Below the pieces are notes generated by a model. That model was not told the origin of the DNA and ran no database searches. It worked only from the letters and a program-made list of their open reading frames with translations. From a virus (Duplodnaviria > Caudoviricetes), in IMG/VR virus record IMGVR_UViG_3300038856_000075, positions 1 to 63,550 of that record: a DNA stretch of 63,550 nucleotides; one strand, written 5' to 3'. A program made the position numbers and the translations under genes. This document shows positions 52,162 through 60,909 of this stretch, piece after piece (position 1 is the stretch's first letter; each line of letters opens with the position of its first letter).

Positions 52162-52722
52162 TTAAATTTCATCCCAAGCAAACGTCAGCGTCTCTGCCGT
52201 CAGCAGCCCGTTGGTCGCCCCGACCTCGACCTCCATCACCAGGACCAGGAAGTCGCCGATGAACTCCAGCGGCGAGCCGGGGGTGTAGGGGCCGGGGAAC
52301 GCCCCGTCCATGTCGATGGGCGAGGCCGACGTCGTGGCAAAGAAGTCCAGCATGGCGACGGTCGGCGATCCGGTGTTGGGGTATTCGGGCGGGTCGACGG
52401 TTTCGGTCGGGACTTCGGGCGCGGTGTACCCGGCGCTGGTCGCGTACCAGATCTTCTCGGTTTCCGGGCTCTGGCCCTGGAATCCCTGGCCGTCCGAATA
52501 GGCGCGGATGTTGTCGATCTGGGTGTAGTCATCGCCGTTGTCGCGCAGTCTGAGATACTTCTGATAGGAGTACTCGCGGTCGGCCGTGGGCACGATCAGC
52601 GGGTTGTTGAGATCGACCGTGGCGTCGTCGGCGTTCTTGAAGCGGATGGTGCCGCTGGTCTTGTCGGTCGGCGAGCCGGGAGCGGCGCCGTTGAGTTCGA
52701 TGATGCTGATCGATGCGGGCAT
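52162..52722 (-). CDS. Putative head fibre/filament subunit (paralog of the C-domain of 24954..27575)
   Basis: Strong RBS, beta-rich, EYSYQKYLRL...ETLTFAWDEI; located in head module. Confidence 0.8.
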   Translation of the reverse strand: MPASISIIELNGAAPGSPTDKTSGTIRFKNADDATVDLNNPLIVPTADREYSYQKYLRLRDNGDDYTQIDNIRAYSDGQGFQGQSPETEKIWYATSAGYTAPEVPTETVDPPEYPNTGSPTVAMLDFFATTSASPIDMDGAFPGPYTPGSPLEFIGDFLVLVMEVEVGATNGLLTAETLTFAWDEI

Positions 52723-52733
52723 CTATCCTCTCC

Positions 52734-53006
52734 TCAGTAGAAACCGACAAGGGCGCCGGCGGTCGTCGAGACCGTGGGGCTGCCGGTCGTTGTCTCGGCC
52801 AGGATCTGCTTGGCCAACAGGTCGTGGAAGCCGACGGGGACGTTCTGCAACACCACCTCGTCGTCGTTCGGCGTCACGGCGACGATGTGGCCGGAAATGC
52901 CGACATAGACCCGCCGCGTGTTGGAGGCGAACTCGCTCGCGCCCGGCGTGATGGCGAAGCCGTTCGAATTCCGGACATCGGCGCCGGTGGACGCGGCGTC
53001 GGCCAT
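52734..53006 (-). CDS. Head spike base protein (RcGTA Rcc01079-like)
   Basis: GFAITP.......TRRVYVG.SG.I.....D..V...NVPVG...TTA..LV. Confidence 0.7.
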   Translation of the reverse strand: MADAASTGADVRNSNGFAITPGASEFASNTRRVYVGISGHIVAVTPNDDEVVLQNVPVGFHDLLAKQILAETTTGSPTVSTTAGALVGFY

Positions 53007-53332
53007 CAGACCGCCTCCCCGGCGGGCTCAGATGGTTCCGCTTCCTTGGCCTGCCGCCCGCGGCGGCGCGGCGAGGGGTCGTCTTCGGTCTTGTTCTCCG
53101 GGGCGGCGTCGAGGGCCTTGTTCTCGGGCGCGGCCTCGACCGCCTTCCCGGCCTGGATCTCCGGGTCGGCCGGCAACACCCTGTCCGCCAACCCCGCGTC
53201 GATCAGCGTCGTGAACAGGGCCGTTTGCCACGGCTTGTCGCCCTCGTATTTCTGCCCGGCGATGAACCGGGTCGTCGCCGAGCCGTGTTCGTTGGCCGCG
53301 ACGGGAACGGTCTTGCGCATCTTGATTTTCAT
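53006..53332 (-). CDS. Hypothetical head-module protein
   Basis: Low-complexity tail with AAPENK repeated twice. Confidence 0.7.
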   Translation of the reverse strand: MKIKMRKTVPVAANEHGSATTRFIAGQKYEGDKPWQTALFTTLIDAGLADRVLPADPEIQAGKAVEAAPENKALDAAPENKTEDDPSPRRRGRQAKEAEPSEPAGEAV

Positions 53333-53339
53333 GCGATGA

Positions 53340-53366
53340 CGGGCGGAGGTTGTTTACCCCCGCCCG
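53340..53366. other. Intergenic hairpin after capsid/decoration genes
   Basis: CGGGCGGAGGT-tgttt-ACCCCCGCCCG near-perfect stem without a U-tract. Confidence 0.45.
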
Positions 53367-53389
53367 CTCCCTCTCAGTCAGGTTGTGGA

Positions 53390-53833
53390 TTACGTCGGCA
53401 CGCCGGAATGGCGGTCGCGGGTCAGCACGCCGATCGCCACCGGACCACCGTTGGTGAGGCCGGTGCCGACGAGAGCCGCTTGGATATACCGCTTGTCGCC
53501 GCGGTATCCCGCCTTGAGCGTGTCGAATTTGCTGGTGCTCGTGGCAACCACGCCGGCGGCGACGGTCACGGACGAGTCCACGACGACGTCGACGGCGTCG
53601 ACCACCGCGAAGGTGACGCCGTCGTCGGAATCGTAGAGCACCAGGTCCGCCTTGGCCGTGCCGACCGGCGAAGAGCCGAGTTCGTCGATCGAGCCGATGA
53701 GCGCCAGCACCTCGACGGCGACCGCCCCTTGCAGATCGATCGCGCCGGACGTGACCTGGTTGGGCGAGCCCGTGTTGGTGAGCGTGCCCTGCGCGGCCCA
53801 GGTCCAGGTGTGGCCATTGTGCATATCGTACAT
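53390..53833 (-). CDS. Capsid decoration/cement protein
   Basis: Immediately after MCP; IDLQG...L.DSDDG.TF..V...GYRG.KRYI. Confidence 0.75.
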   Translation of the reverse strand: MYDMHNGHTWTWAAQGTLTNTGSPNQVTSGAIDLQGAVAVEVLALIGSIDELGSSPVGTAKADLVLYDSDDGVTFAVVDAVDVVVDSSVTVAAGVVATSTSKFDTLKAGYRGDKRYIQAALVGTGLTNGGPVAIGVLTRDRHSGVPT

Positions 53834-53862
53834 GTCAGTCTCTCCTTTTCCTCGGACCTAGA

Positions 53863-55182
53863 TCAGGTCGAGCACTTGAGCTTCTGGTAAGCTTCCGGAA
53901 GCACGGTCTGCCCGCCGACCCGGCGCCGGAACAGGAACCGCACGTTGCCGCTGGTCGCCTGCGTGTAGGGGTCTCTCAACATCGACATCTGGATGCGGTC
54001 GACCACCGTGTAGGCCCGGCGCCAGTCGCCGAACGCGATCGGATAGGCGTTCGCGGCCTCGACAGGCATGTCCGGGATTTCCTGGTACGCGGCGTCCAGG
54101 ATCGTATTCGGCCGCAGCGATGCGAGGCCGGGCACCCAGATGTAGTCGTCCTCGGCGGTCTTGAGCTTTCGAACCGAGCCGATCGTCGCTCGGTTCAACA
54201 GCCACGTGGCGTTCCGGCTATAGTTGGAATGCAGCGCGTGGTAGAGCGTGATCAGGCCGTTGGCCTGGCCGTCCGTGTCGGCGATCGTCGCCGACGACCC
54301 CGAGACCTGCTCGCTCACATTGGAATTCGTGAGGATGCCCTCGGGCCGCCCGACCGCGTTGCCGGTGATGAACGCCGTTCCCTCGGCCAATGCGAACTGC
54401 TCGGTGGCCTCGTCGCGGATGAAGCCCTCGAGATCGAACGCACTGTCCTCGAGATTCTGTTCCGAGACATCGACGAGCGCGTACATCTCGTGCGTCGGGA
54501 TCGATTCCATGCCGAAGGTCAGGCCCGTGGTCTCGGACCGCGCGCCCTGCTCCGACGTCCACTGTGCGGCGAACTGGCCGGTGCGCGACGGGATGTCGAG
54601 CTGCCGGTTCATGGTCTGGCGCACGCGGGCAAGGGGCCGGAAGAACGAGATGTCGGTCTCGCCCTTGATGATCTCCTGCACATACTCGATCGGCGCCAGA
54701 TAGCCGCCCGTGGCGTCGTTGGTAACAGCAAGCGACTTGTATTCGTCCTTCGCCTGCTCGACCGCCTCCTTGCATTCCTCGGGCAGGTTGGCCACACCCT
54801 TGGTCATGGCGAACAGCACGCCGCGCGCCCAGTTGTCCCAATATTTGTGCTGGGCCTCTTTCCGGTCCTCGGAGCCCGATCCGCTTCCCGGACGCCGGAT
54901 GGCGGTCTCGACCTTGTCGAGCCGATCGGCGTTGTCCTCGGCCGCCTTCTGGGCCTTGAGCAACGCCGCCGACAGATCCTCGCCCTTTTCGAGAGTCTTC
55001 TCGATCTTCGCGAGTTTAGCGGTCGTGGTCGGGTCAGGCGCGCCCTTCTCGCGGATCTCCTTGATTTCCTCGTCGTGTGCTTCCTTGAACGCCTCGTAGG
55101 CCTTCATGGATTCCTCGACGACCTTCTTCACGTCCCCGAACTGCTCCTGCAGCTCGACGACCGACACGTTATCGTCAGACAT
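53863..55182 (-). CDS. HK97-family major capsid protein
   Basis: Coiled-coil delta domain, GGYLAP.EY, AF..G.G..RPEGI, IAFGDW..AY..VDR, RDPYT...RRVGG. Confidence 0.96.
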   Translation of the reverse strand: MSDDNVSVVELQEQFGDVKKVVEESMKAYEAFKEAHDEEIKEIREKGAPDPTTTAKLAKIEKTLEKGEDLSAALLKAQKAAEDNADRLDKVETAIRRPGSGSGSEDRKEAQHKYWDNWARGVLFAMTKGVANLPEECKEAVEQAKDEYKSLAVTNDATGGYLAPIEYVQEIIKGETDISFFRPLARVRQTMNRQLDIPSRTGQFAAQWTSEQGARSETTGLTFGMESIPTHEMYALVDVSEQNLEDSAFDLEGFIRDEATEQFALAEGTAFITGNAVGRPEGILTNSNVSEQVSGSSATIADTDGQANGLITLYHALHSNYSRNATWLLNRATIGSVRKLKTAEDDYIWVPGLASLRPNTILDAAYQEIPDMPVEAANAYPIAFGDWRRAYTVVDRIQMSMLRDPYTQATSGNVRFLFRRRVGGQTVLPEAYQKLKCST

Positions 55183-55205
55183 GGTTTATCTCCAACAGGT
55201 TAAGG

Positions 55206-56291
55206 TCAGCCGGTCAGGGCTTCCACGCGCTTGCGCATCCGCTCGGACCAGTCGTCGCTGGTTTCGCCAGCGTCCCGCTGGATCAATCCTCTGTAGCCGT
55301 CGGCCATGAAGGCCTTGGCCTGTTTCCGAGAAAAGCCTGCGTCCCGCAGGATGTCCTCGCACTCGCGCTCCGTGATGGTCGCGTCCCGCGCCATCCGGAG
55401 TATGTCGCAAACGGCGGATTCGATGTCGCCATCCTCCGCCTTCCGCCAGGGCGGGACGATCGACTCGTCGTCGAACTCCTGCCGCATTTTCTCGTAGTAG
55501 CGTTCGATGTGCCGCCGCGCCGCCGACTTCTCTGCGTCGCTCGCATTCAGCCCGCCGCGGGCACCCGACAGGATGGCCGCCGCCGCGAATACACCCCGCG
55601 GTACGGCAACCAGCGTGCCGTCGATCACGTCGGCGATCGCCAGCTTGTGGGCCGCGAAATCGTCGCCGTCGCCCGCCGCCAGGACGAACCCACGCCGGTA
55701 TTTGGCGTTCGGTCCGCTCTCGGCATCGGCCCAGGCGCGCAGCCGCTTCTCCGCCGAGGCGCCGTCCCAGGCACGGGTTTTCGGTGCGAGCGGCAGGTCG
55801 CCGAATCCGGTCACCGTCTTGATATCGGTCACGCGGGCGTCCGAGTTGGCCGGGAACGAGACGATCGAGACCTCGAACAGGTCGACATCTGTCAGGCGGC
55901 GAACCTTCTTCTTGTCGTCGATCACGCTTTCAACCGTGCGGTAGCCGATCGACAGCCCCGACAGCGCTTGGGCTTTCATCAGCGCGTGGGCCTGTCGCGC
56001 CTTCGGGATATCGTCGATCAGGAGCTGGCCCTTGACGTAGAGGCCGTGGGCGTCCTCCTTCATCTGGAGCCAGGCGCCGATGGGCTCGCGGGTGTCGTGC
56101 TGCCACAGCATCAACGGCAGGCGCTTCTTGCGCTTGGACGAGGTCAGGCTGCGGCGGAAGGCGCCAGGCATGACGACGTCGGCATAGGAATCGACATTGC
56201 CGAACACCGAGGCATGGCCTTCGAACGTGCCCGGCTCGTCTTTGTCGAGAGCCTTGATCTCGAAGTCGAAATCCAGGAATTCAGTTTGCAC
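55206..56291 (-). CDS. HK97 prohead protease with inserted extra domain
   Basis: GTFEGHASVFGNVDSY.D, MLWQHD...PIG, GLSIGY, LFEVSIVSFPAN. Confidence 0.93.
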   Translation of the reverse strand: MQTEFLDFDFEIKALDKDEPGTFEGHASVFGNVDSYADVVMPGAFRRSLTSSKRKKRLPLMLWQHDTREPIGAWLQMKEDAHGLYVKGQLLIDDIPKARQAHALMKAQALSGLSIGYRTVESVIDDKKKVRRLTDVDLFEVSIVSFPANSDARVTDIKTVTGFGDLPLAPKTRAWDGASAEKRLRAWADAESGPNAKYRRGFVLAAGDGDDFAAHKLAIADVIDGTLVAVPRGVFAAAAILSGARGGLNASDAEKSAARRHIERYYEKMRQEFDDESIVPPWRKAEDGDIESAVCDILRMARDATITERECEDILRDAGFSRKQAKAFMADGYRGLIQRDAGETSDDWSERMRKRVEALTG

Positions 56292-56586
56292 TGCGCCGTC
56301 CTCCTTTGATGGCCGCTTGCGCCTTTGCGTGGGGCAATGGGCTATCCTGCGGTTCGACCGCCAGCGAGACGGGCGGCTGTGACCCGGCGCAGCGCAAGAC
56401 CACCGAACCGCCGGCGTTCAGGGCTGCGAGTTCGTCCGGCGTCGGTTCCCACGCCGAACAGTAGACCCTGTGCCGTCCTGCCACCTCGACCCGAACCGGC
56501 AGCGTGGCGCAGTCGGGATCGGTCTCGTCCCAACCGTCGGGCGGGCCGAACTGGAAATTGGCGTCGCGGATATGGCGCTTAAGCAT
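56281..56586 (-). CDS. Conserved phage protein
   Basis: GPPDGWDE...C.TLPVR...SAWEPTPDELAALNAG...QPPVSL. Confidence 0.75.
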   Translation of the reverse strand: MLKRHIRDANFQFGPPDGWDETDPDCATLPVRVEVAGRHRVYCSAWEPTPDELAALNAGGSVVLRCAGSQPPVSLAVEPQDSPLPHAKAQAAIKGGRRSAN

Positions 56587-56920
56587 CGCGGCGGATGAAC
56601 TCGATCCGTTCAATAACGTGTCTGGGTTCGCCCGTGTCCGGCTTGCCTAGACGTGAATGGCAAACCGCGTCGTACCACCGCGGTTCGCAATATCTCGGGC
56701 ACTCATCGAACATCTCGCCGATGGCCTGATAATGAAAAGCGTTCCTACCGGCCAGCAGTTCGCAGCGGATGACGATCATGCCTCGCATGGCGGCCACGAC
56801 CACATCCGGCCAACGATCGATCAACTCGTAATCGATATAGAACTGGCCTATGCGACGCTTTGGTTTCTCGAGAATGTCCACGTGTTCCTGGACTTCCTTA
56901 GTGTCGATTGTCGTAAACAT
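56579..56920 (-). CDS. Hypothetical protein
   Basis: GGAGAG RBS, 113 aa. Confidence 0.65.
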   Translation of the reverse strand: MFTTIDTKEVQEHVDILEKPKRRIGQFYIDYELIDRWPDVVVAAMRGMIVIRCELLAGRNAFHYQAIGEMFDECPRYCEPRWYDAVCHSRLGKPDTGEPRHVIERIEFIRRDA

Positions 56921-56928
56921 GTTCTCTC

Positions 56929-59013
56929 CTACCCCGGCACGACGGACGCTAATGCGCACCGGCAGCCGATTACCTCGTCGGCCGGCCCGCGCGGATCGCC
57001 CGGCGCCGCCAGCTTCGCCCCGCCGACATCGAACGGCTCACCGATGCGCCGGCGCTGGCCGTCGGCGTCGGCATGGCTGGGGCGCACTCGGGCGTCCTCG
57101 ACCGCAATCCATTCGCGCTCCAGGTCGCCTAGATCGAGCGCCTGCAAGGCGATGTCCTGGGCCGCGACCGACGCCGTGTGCGTCTCGGTGCGGGCGATCA
57201 GGTCGGCACGCGCCCGCGCGATGACGCCGCCGGAGCCCTGGCGGATGCGCTTGGCGATCGCCGACAGTGCCTCGCCGGCGCCTTCGCCCGCGACTAGGGC
57301 GGCACGGATCTGCGACCGCGTCGTCTCGGCGATCGCCGTCACCTTGGCAGCCCCGAATTCCTCGATCCAGGCCAGGATGCGGCGCGTGAACTCGCCCTCG
57401 ACGTCCTTGGTTTCGAGGTCCGGGGCCAGGTCCTTCTGTGCCGCGTCCATCACCCGGCGGCCGAACGTGTTCATTACCGCCTGGACGTGCGCGGCAAGCT
57501 CGCGCCCAATCTCTTCGGAATGGCCGCGGAGCGCGATCTCGATCCCGACCCGGCCATTGCCGCCGGCGACGTTCGCCGCCGCCGCGCGGGCCCTGGCGTC
57601 GATCAGCCGCGCCAGACGGGGGCGAAGCCGCTTTTCGAACGCGTCCTGCAACCTGATCTGGACCGCGGCCTCGCGCTGGCGGTTGGCGCCGTCGGGCGTG
57701 AGGAACAGCTTGTAGGCGAGGTCGCCTAGGTCGCGCGCCGCCTCTTCCTCGGGCGGTTCGCTGTCGTCGTCATCGTCGTCGTCCTCCGTGCCGGGGCCGG
57801 GCGGCACCATGCCGGACATCCCGATCGGGACCATAGTCGCCGGCACCAGCACCACGTCGCCATCGTCGATCGGCTCGTAGCCGGTGGCCACGCGCTTCTC
57901 ATTGATGGTCAGGTAGTCGGACCGTTCCAGCATCTCGAAATGCTGCCGGCGGCGCTCGCCGAGCGCGGGCACCTGGTCGAGATCGTTGTCCAAGCGCAAG
58001 GTGTCATCGAATTGCGGCACCAGCCAGGTGTTGAGGGCCGAGCGAAGGTGTCCCAGCAGCGGGATCACCGTGTCCTCCCACATGAACAGCCGCGCCTGCT
58101 CCATGTTGGCGAATGTCTGCGATCCGGGAATGCCGAGGATCTGCGGCGGCACGCCGAACGCCTGGGCGATGTCGGTCGCCGTCGTGTGCTTGGCGTTGAT
58201 CCAGTCCATGTCCTTCGGGTTGATGGACATCTGCTTGTAATCCATCGCGCTGGTCAGGATCATGGGGCGGCCGGCGTTGCTGGCCCCGGCGTAGAACGTG
58301 TCGATGTCCTCGCGCAGCTGTATCGCCTGTTGGTCGGTGATGGTGCCCACCATGCCGTCCTTGGCCATCGGAATGAACGCGCCGGCGGGCCGGGCGTCGT
58401 GCTGCACCAACGCCTTGTTCCAGCGATCCGTTTCGTTGCGAATGTCGATCGACCACGAAGCGGCCTCGATAGGCGACATGCCGTACCAGTCGTCGAGCGG
58501 GTTGAACGCCTTGAGGTGGAGTACAGCCGACGTGCCAGTGAGCTGGTCCACGTCCCACGAAAACTCGCCGCCAGCCGCGCGGTAGGTGTACTTGGCGGGG
58601 AAGCCTGTCTTGCCCGCCTCGATGAACACCCGGTCCGGGCGCAGCGGGTACAGTTCCGACGGCGCGGCGCGGGTCGAGCCGGAGGCCTCGACATAGGAGT
58701 TGCCTGCGATCTGGTGGAACGCGGTCACCGCCTCGAAAAACTCCGAGCCGCCCATCATCGGGTTGGGTCGCGTCAGCAGGTCCAAGAGCGGGTGCTCGCC
58801 GATCTCGGTCTCGCGCCGGAACAGCACCCACGGCACCGAGGCCACGGCGCGGGCGACGATCGAGATCGCGCGGTAGGCCACGAGATTCTTGCGGTAGCCC
58901 TGGTCGGCGAAAGCCCGGTAGTCGCGATTCGACCACTTCGCCGCGCCGCCTCCGACAAAGATCAGCGGGCCGACGGCCGACGCCTTTTCCTCGTGCCGCT
59001 TGAACGGCCACAT
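56929..59013 (-). CDS. HK97 portal protein fused to MuF-like head morphogenesis domain
   Basis: HPLLDLL.RPNP, LYPLRPDRV, YGMSP, IAQAFGVPP; acidic linker; IARTET...W.A..D.RVR.SH...GCRC. Confidence 0.93.
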   Translation of the reverse strand: MWPFKRHEEKASAVGPLIFVGGGAAKWSNRDYRAFADQGYRKNLVAYRAISIVARAVASVPWVLFRRETEIGEHPLLDLLTRPNPMMGGSEFFEAVTAFHQIAGNSYVEASGSTRAAPSELYPLRPDRVFIEAGKTGFPAKYTYRAAGGEFSWDVDQLTGTSAVLHLKAFNPLDDWYGMSPIEAASWSIDIRNETDRWNKALVQHDARPAGAFIPMAKDGMVGTITDQQAIQLREDIDTFYAGASNAGRPMILTSAMDYKQMSINPKDMDWINAKHTTATDIAQAFGVPPQILGIPGSQTFANMEQARLFMWEDTVIPLLGHLRSALNTWLVPQFDDTLRLDNDLDQVPALGERRRQHFEMLERSDYLTINEKRVATGYEPIDDGDVVLVPATMVPIGMSGMVPPGPGTEDDDDDDDSEPPEEEAARDLGDLAYKLFLTPDGANRQREAAVQIRLQDAFEKRLRPRLARLIDARARAAAANVAGGNGRVGIEIALRGHSEEIGRELAAHVQAVMNTFGRRVMDAAQKDLAPDLETKDVEGEFTRRILAWIEEFGAAKVTAIAETTRSQIRAALVAGEGAGEALSAIAKRIRQGSGGVIARARADLIARTETHTASVAAQDIALQALDLGDLEREWIAVEDARVRPSHADADGQRRRIGEPFDVGGAKLAAPGDPRGPADEVIGCRCALASVVPG

Positions 59014-60482
59014 TAGAACACCCTGGGCCCGGAATTCGAGCGGACGATCTCCGTGAACGCCCTGCTAGAGGCGTCGACCTGATCGTTATGTTCGCCTCCC
59101 GGAAACAACCCCAATTCCTCCAAATAGACTTCGTTCCATTTACCGCGCACCAGCGCGACGTTGCCCGCTTCGACCTGGGCCGCGTAGGGCTCGGCGCGGG
59201 TCGCCTTGTCGCCCGTCTCCGGCGTCGCCTTGACCCGATAGCCGGCGAGACGCGAGACCAGGTACTGCGCCTGCGCCTTCCCCGCCTGCCCCGGGTCCTG
59301 CGGCAGGCTGACCAGCGGCTCCGCGCCATCGCGGGCGGCGGTGTTGAGAATGGCGGATTCGACCTCGCCGGCCGAACCGCGCAGCCGCACCACGTCCTCG
59401 ACGAAGAACAGCCCGCTCGGCGCGCGCCCGATCTTGGCGCCCACCGTCCACGACCCCTGGTCCTTCGAGGCCGCCAGATCCCAGCCCCGGCACCAGACGA
59501 TGCCGGCGGGCGCGGCCGAGACGATGCCGAGACGCTCTATCTTGAACATGCCGCCCTCGCGCGGCGCGGGCCGCTGCTGCATCTGTCCGGCCCAGGCATA
59601 CGAGCCCATGACGGCGCGGTCGCGTTCGATGACCTCGGGAGGCCAGCGCTCCGGGCACAGCAATTCGCCCTCGTAGGTCCGGGGGTCGCGGAACCCGATC
59701 TCGGTCTCGCAGCGCCGGTCGATCTCGAATTCCATCGGCAGCATAAGGTGCGTGTAGCCGAGGCCCTGGGACAGCGCGACGCCCGAGACGTCGCCCGCGT
59801 GCAGCCGCTGCATGATGGCGATGATCGCCGAGCGAATGGGGTCGTTCAGCCGCGACGGCACCGATTCGCGGAAGATGCGTATGGCCCGCTTGCGTTCGGC
59901 CTCCGATTCCGCCTGTTCCGTCGAATGCGGGTCGTCGATGATGACCCGGTCGCCGCGCCCGCCAGTCAGCCGCGCGAACGGCACCGCCTCGCGGAACCCG
60001 CCGGCGGTGTTGCCGAACGACATCTCGGCGACCCGCGTCAGCTTCACATCGGGCCACAGCCGCTGGTACCACTCGCTGCTGACGAGGTCGCGCATCCGGC
60101 GCGAATCCCGCTTGGCGTAGGCCTCGCTGTAGGACGTCGTCAAGAAGCGGAGATCCGGGCATCCCATCGGCCCCCATTCCCAGGCGGGCCCCATGACGGA
60201 ATAGAGCAACGACTTCGATGTGCCGGGCGGGACATTGGCCAGCAGCCGGTTGATCCGCCCGTTATGGACGGCTTCGTAATGCCCGGTCAGCGCCCCGACA
60301 TGCCATCCGTCGACGAACGGCTGCGCGGGTTCCAGGACGTGCCACGCCTCGCGGACGAATCCGTGGAACGACCGACAGCGCTCGCGGACCGCGTCAGCCC
60401 GCTGGTCCAGCTCGGCAAGCTCGCGCCGCCCCTCACGCCTCGCCTTCTCCGCCCGAACCTGGTCCAGACTGGGCAACGGCAA
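59013..60482 (-). CDS. Terminase large subunit
   Basis: NVPPGTSKS Walker A, TGGRGD..IIDDP, IMQRLH, RGWDLA, DQVDA; start approximate. Confidence 0.93.
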   Translation of the reverse strand: MPLPSLDQVRAEKARREGRRELAELDQRADAVRERCRSFHGFVREAWHVLEPAQPFVDGWHVGALTGHYEAVHNGRINRLLANVPPGTSKSLLYSVMGPAWEWGPMGCPDLRFLTTSYSEAYAKRDSRRMRDLVSSEWYQRLWPDVKLTRVAEMSFGNTAGGFREAVPFARLTGGRGDRVIIDDPHSTEQAESEAERKRAIRIFRESVPSRLNDPIRSAIIAIMQRLHAGDVSGVALSQGLGYTHLMLPMEFEIDRRCETEIGFRDPRTYEGELLCPERWPPEVIERDRAVMGSYAWAGQMQQRPAPREGGMFKIERLGIVSAAPAGIVWCRGWDLAASKDQGSWTVGAKIGRAPSGLFFVEDVVRLRGSAGEVESAILNTAARDGAEPLVSLPQDPGQAGKAQAQYLVSRLAGYRVKATPETGDKATRAEPYAAQVEAGNVALVRGKWNEVYLEELGLFPGGEHNDQVDASSRAFTEIVRSNSGPRVF

Positions 60483-60909
60483 TTCGGGAGAGGATGACCT
60501 CCAGGTGCGATAGCTCCGCGTCGGTGAGCTTGGTAAGATCGACATGTTGGATGGGACCACCACCGGGGCCTGTCACGCGGATCGCTTGGAAATCGCGCTG
60601 GCCCAGATATTGCTTGCCGAGGAAGATCGCCATCGAGGCGCTCGACTCGGCCTGCTGGAACTGCTTGCGGCGAAGGCTGATAAGTCCGGCCGCCTGCCCG
60701 CGCTCGAACGCCATGCGGTATTCGGGCTCCTTCAGACGGCGGACGATTGTCTTGCGGCAGACCCTGAAGAACGCCGCGATTTCCTGCTGGGTACATTGAA
60801 GCGCGGCGAGTTTTTCGAACTCGTCGATATCGATATCGGCCTTGTCTTCCCGTGGGTTTTTAGGCCGCTTTTTCGCCGTCTGTTTTGGCTTCGTCGAACG
60901 TCCTGCCAT
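60433..60909 (-). CDS. Terminase small subunit
   Basis: FEKLAALQCTQQEIAAFF...SLRRKQF..A......IFLGKQYLGQ. Confidence 0.85.
   Translation of the reverse strand: MAGRSTKPKQTAKKRPKNPREDKADIDIDEFEKLAALQCTQQEIAAFFRVCRKTIVRRLKEPEYRMAFERGQAAGLISLRRKQFQQAESSASMAIFLGKQYLGQRDFQAIRVTGPGGGPIQHVDLTKLTDAELSHLEVILSRIAVAQSGPGSGGEGEA

Noticed and set aside
24954-52722. Diversity-generating retroelement (paralog pair as TR/VR, Mtd-like fibre present)
   Set aside because: No reverse transcriptase was found; both copies are intact coding sequences with conservative substitutions spread throughout
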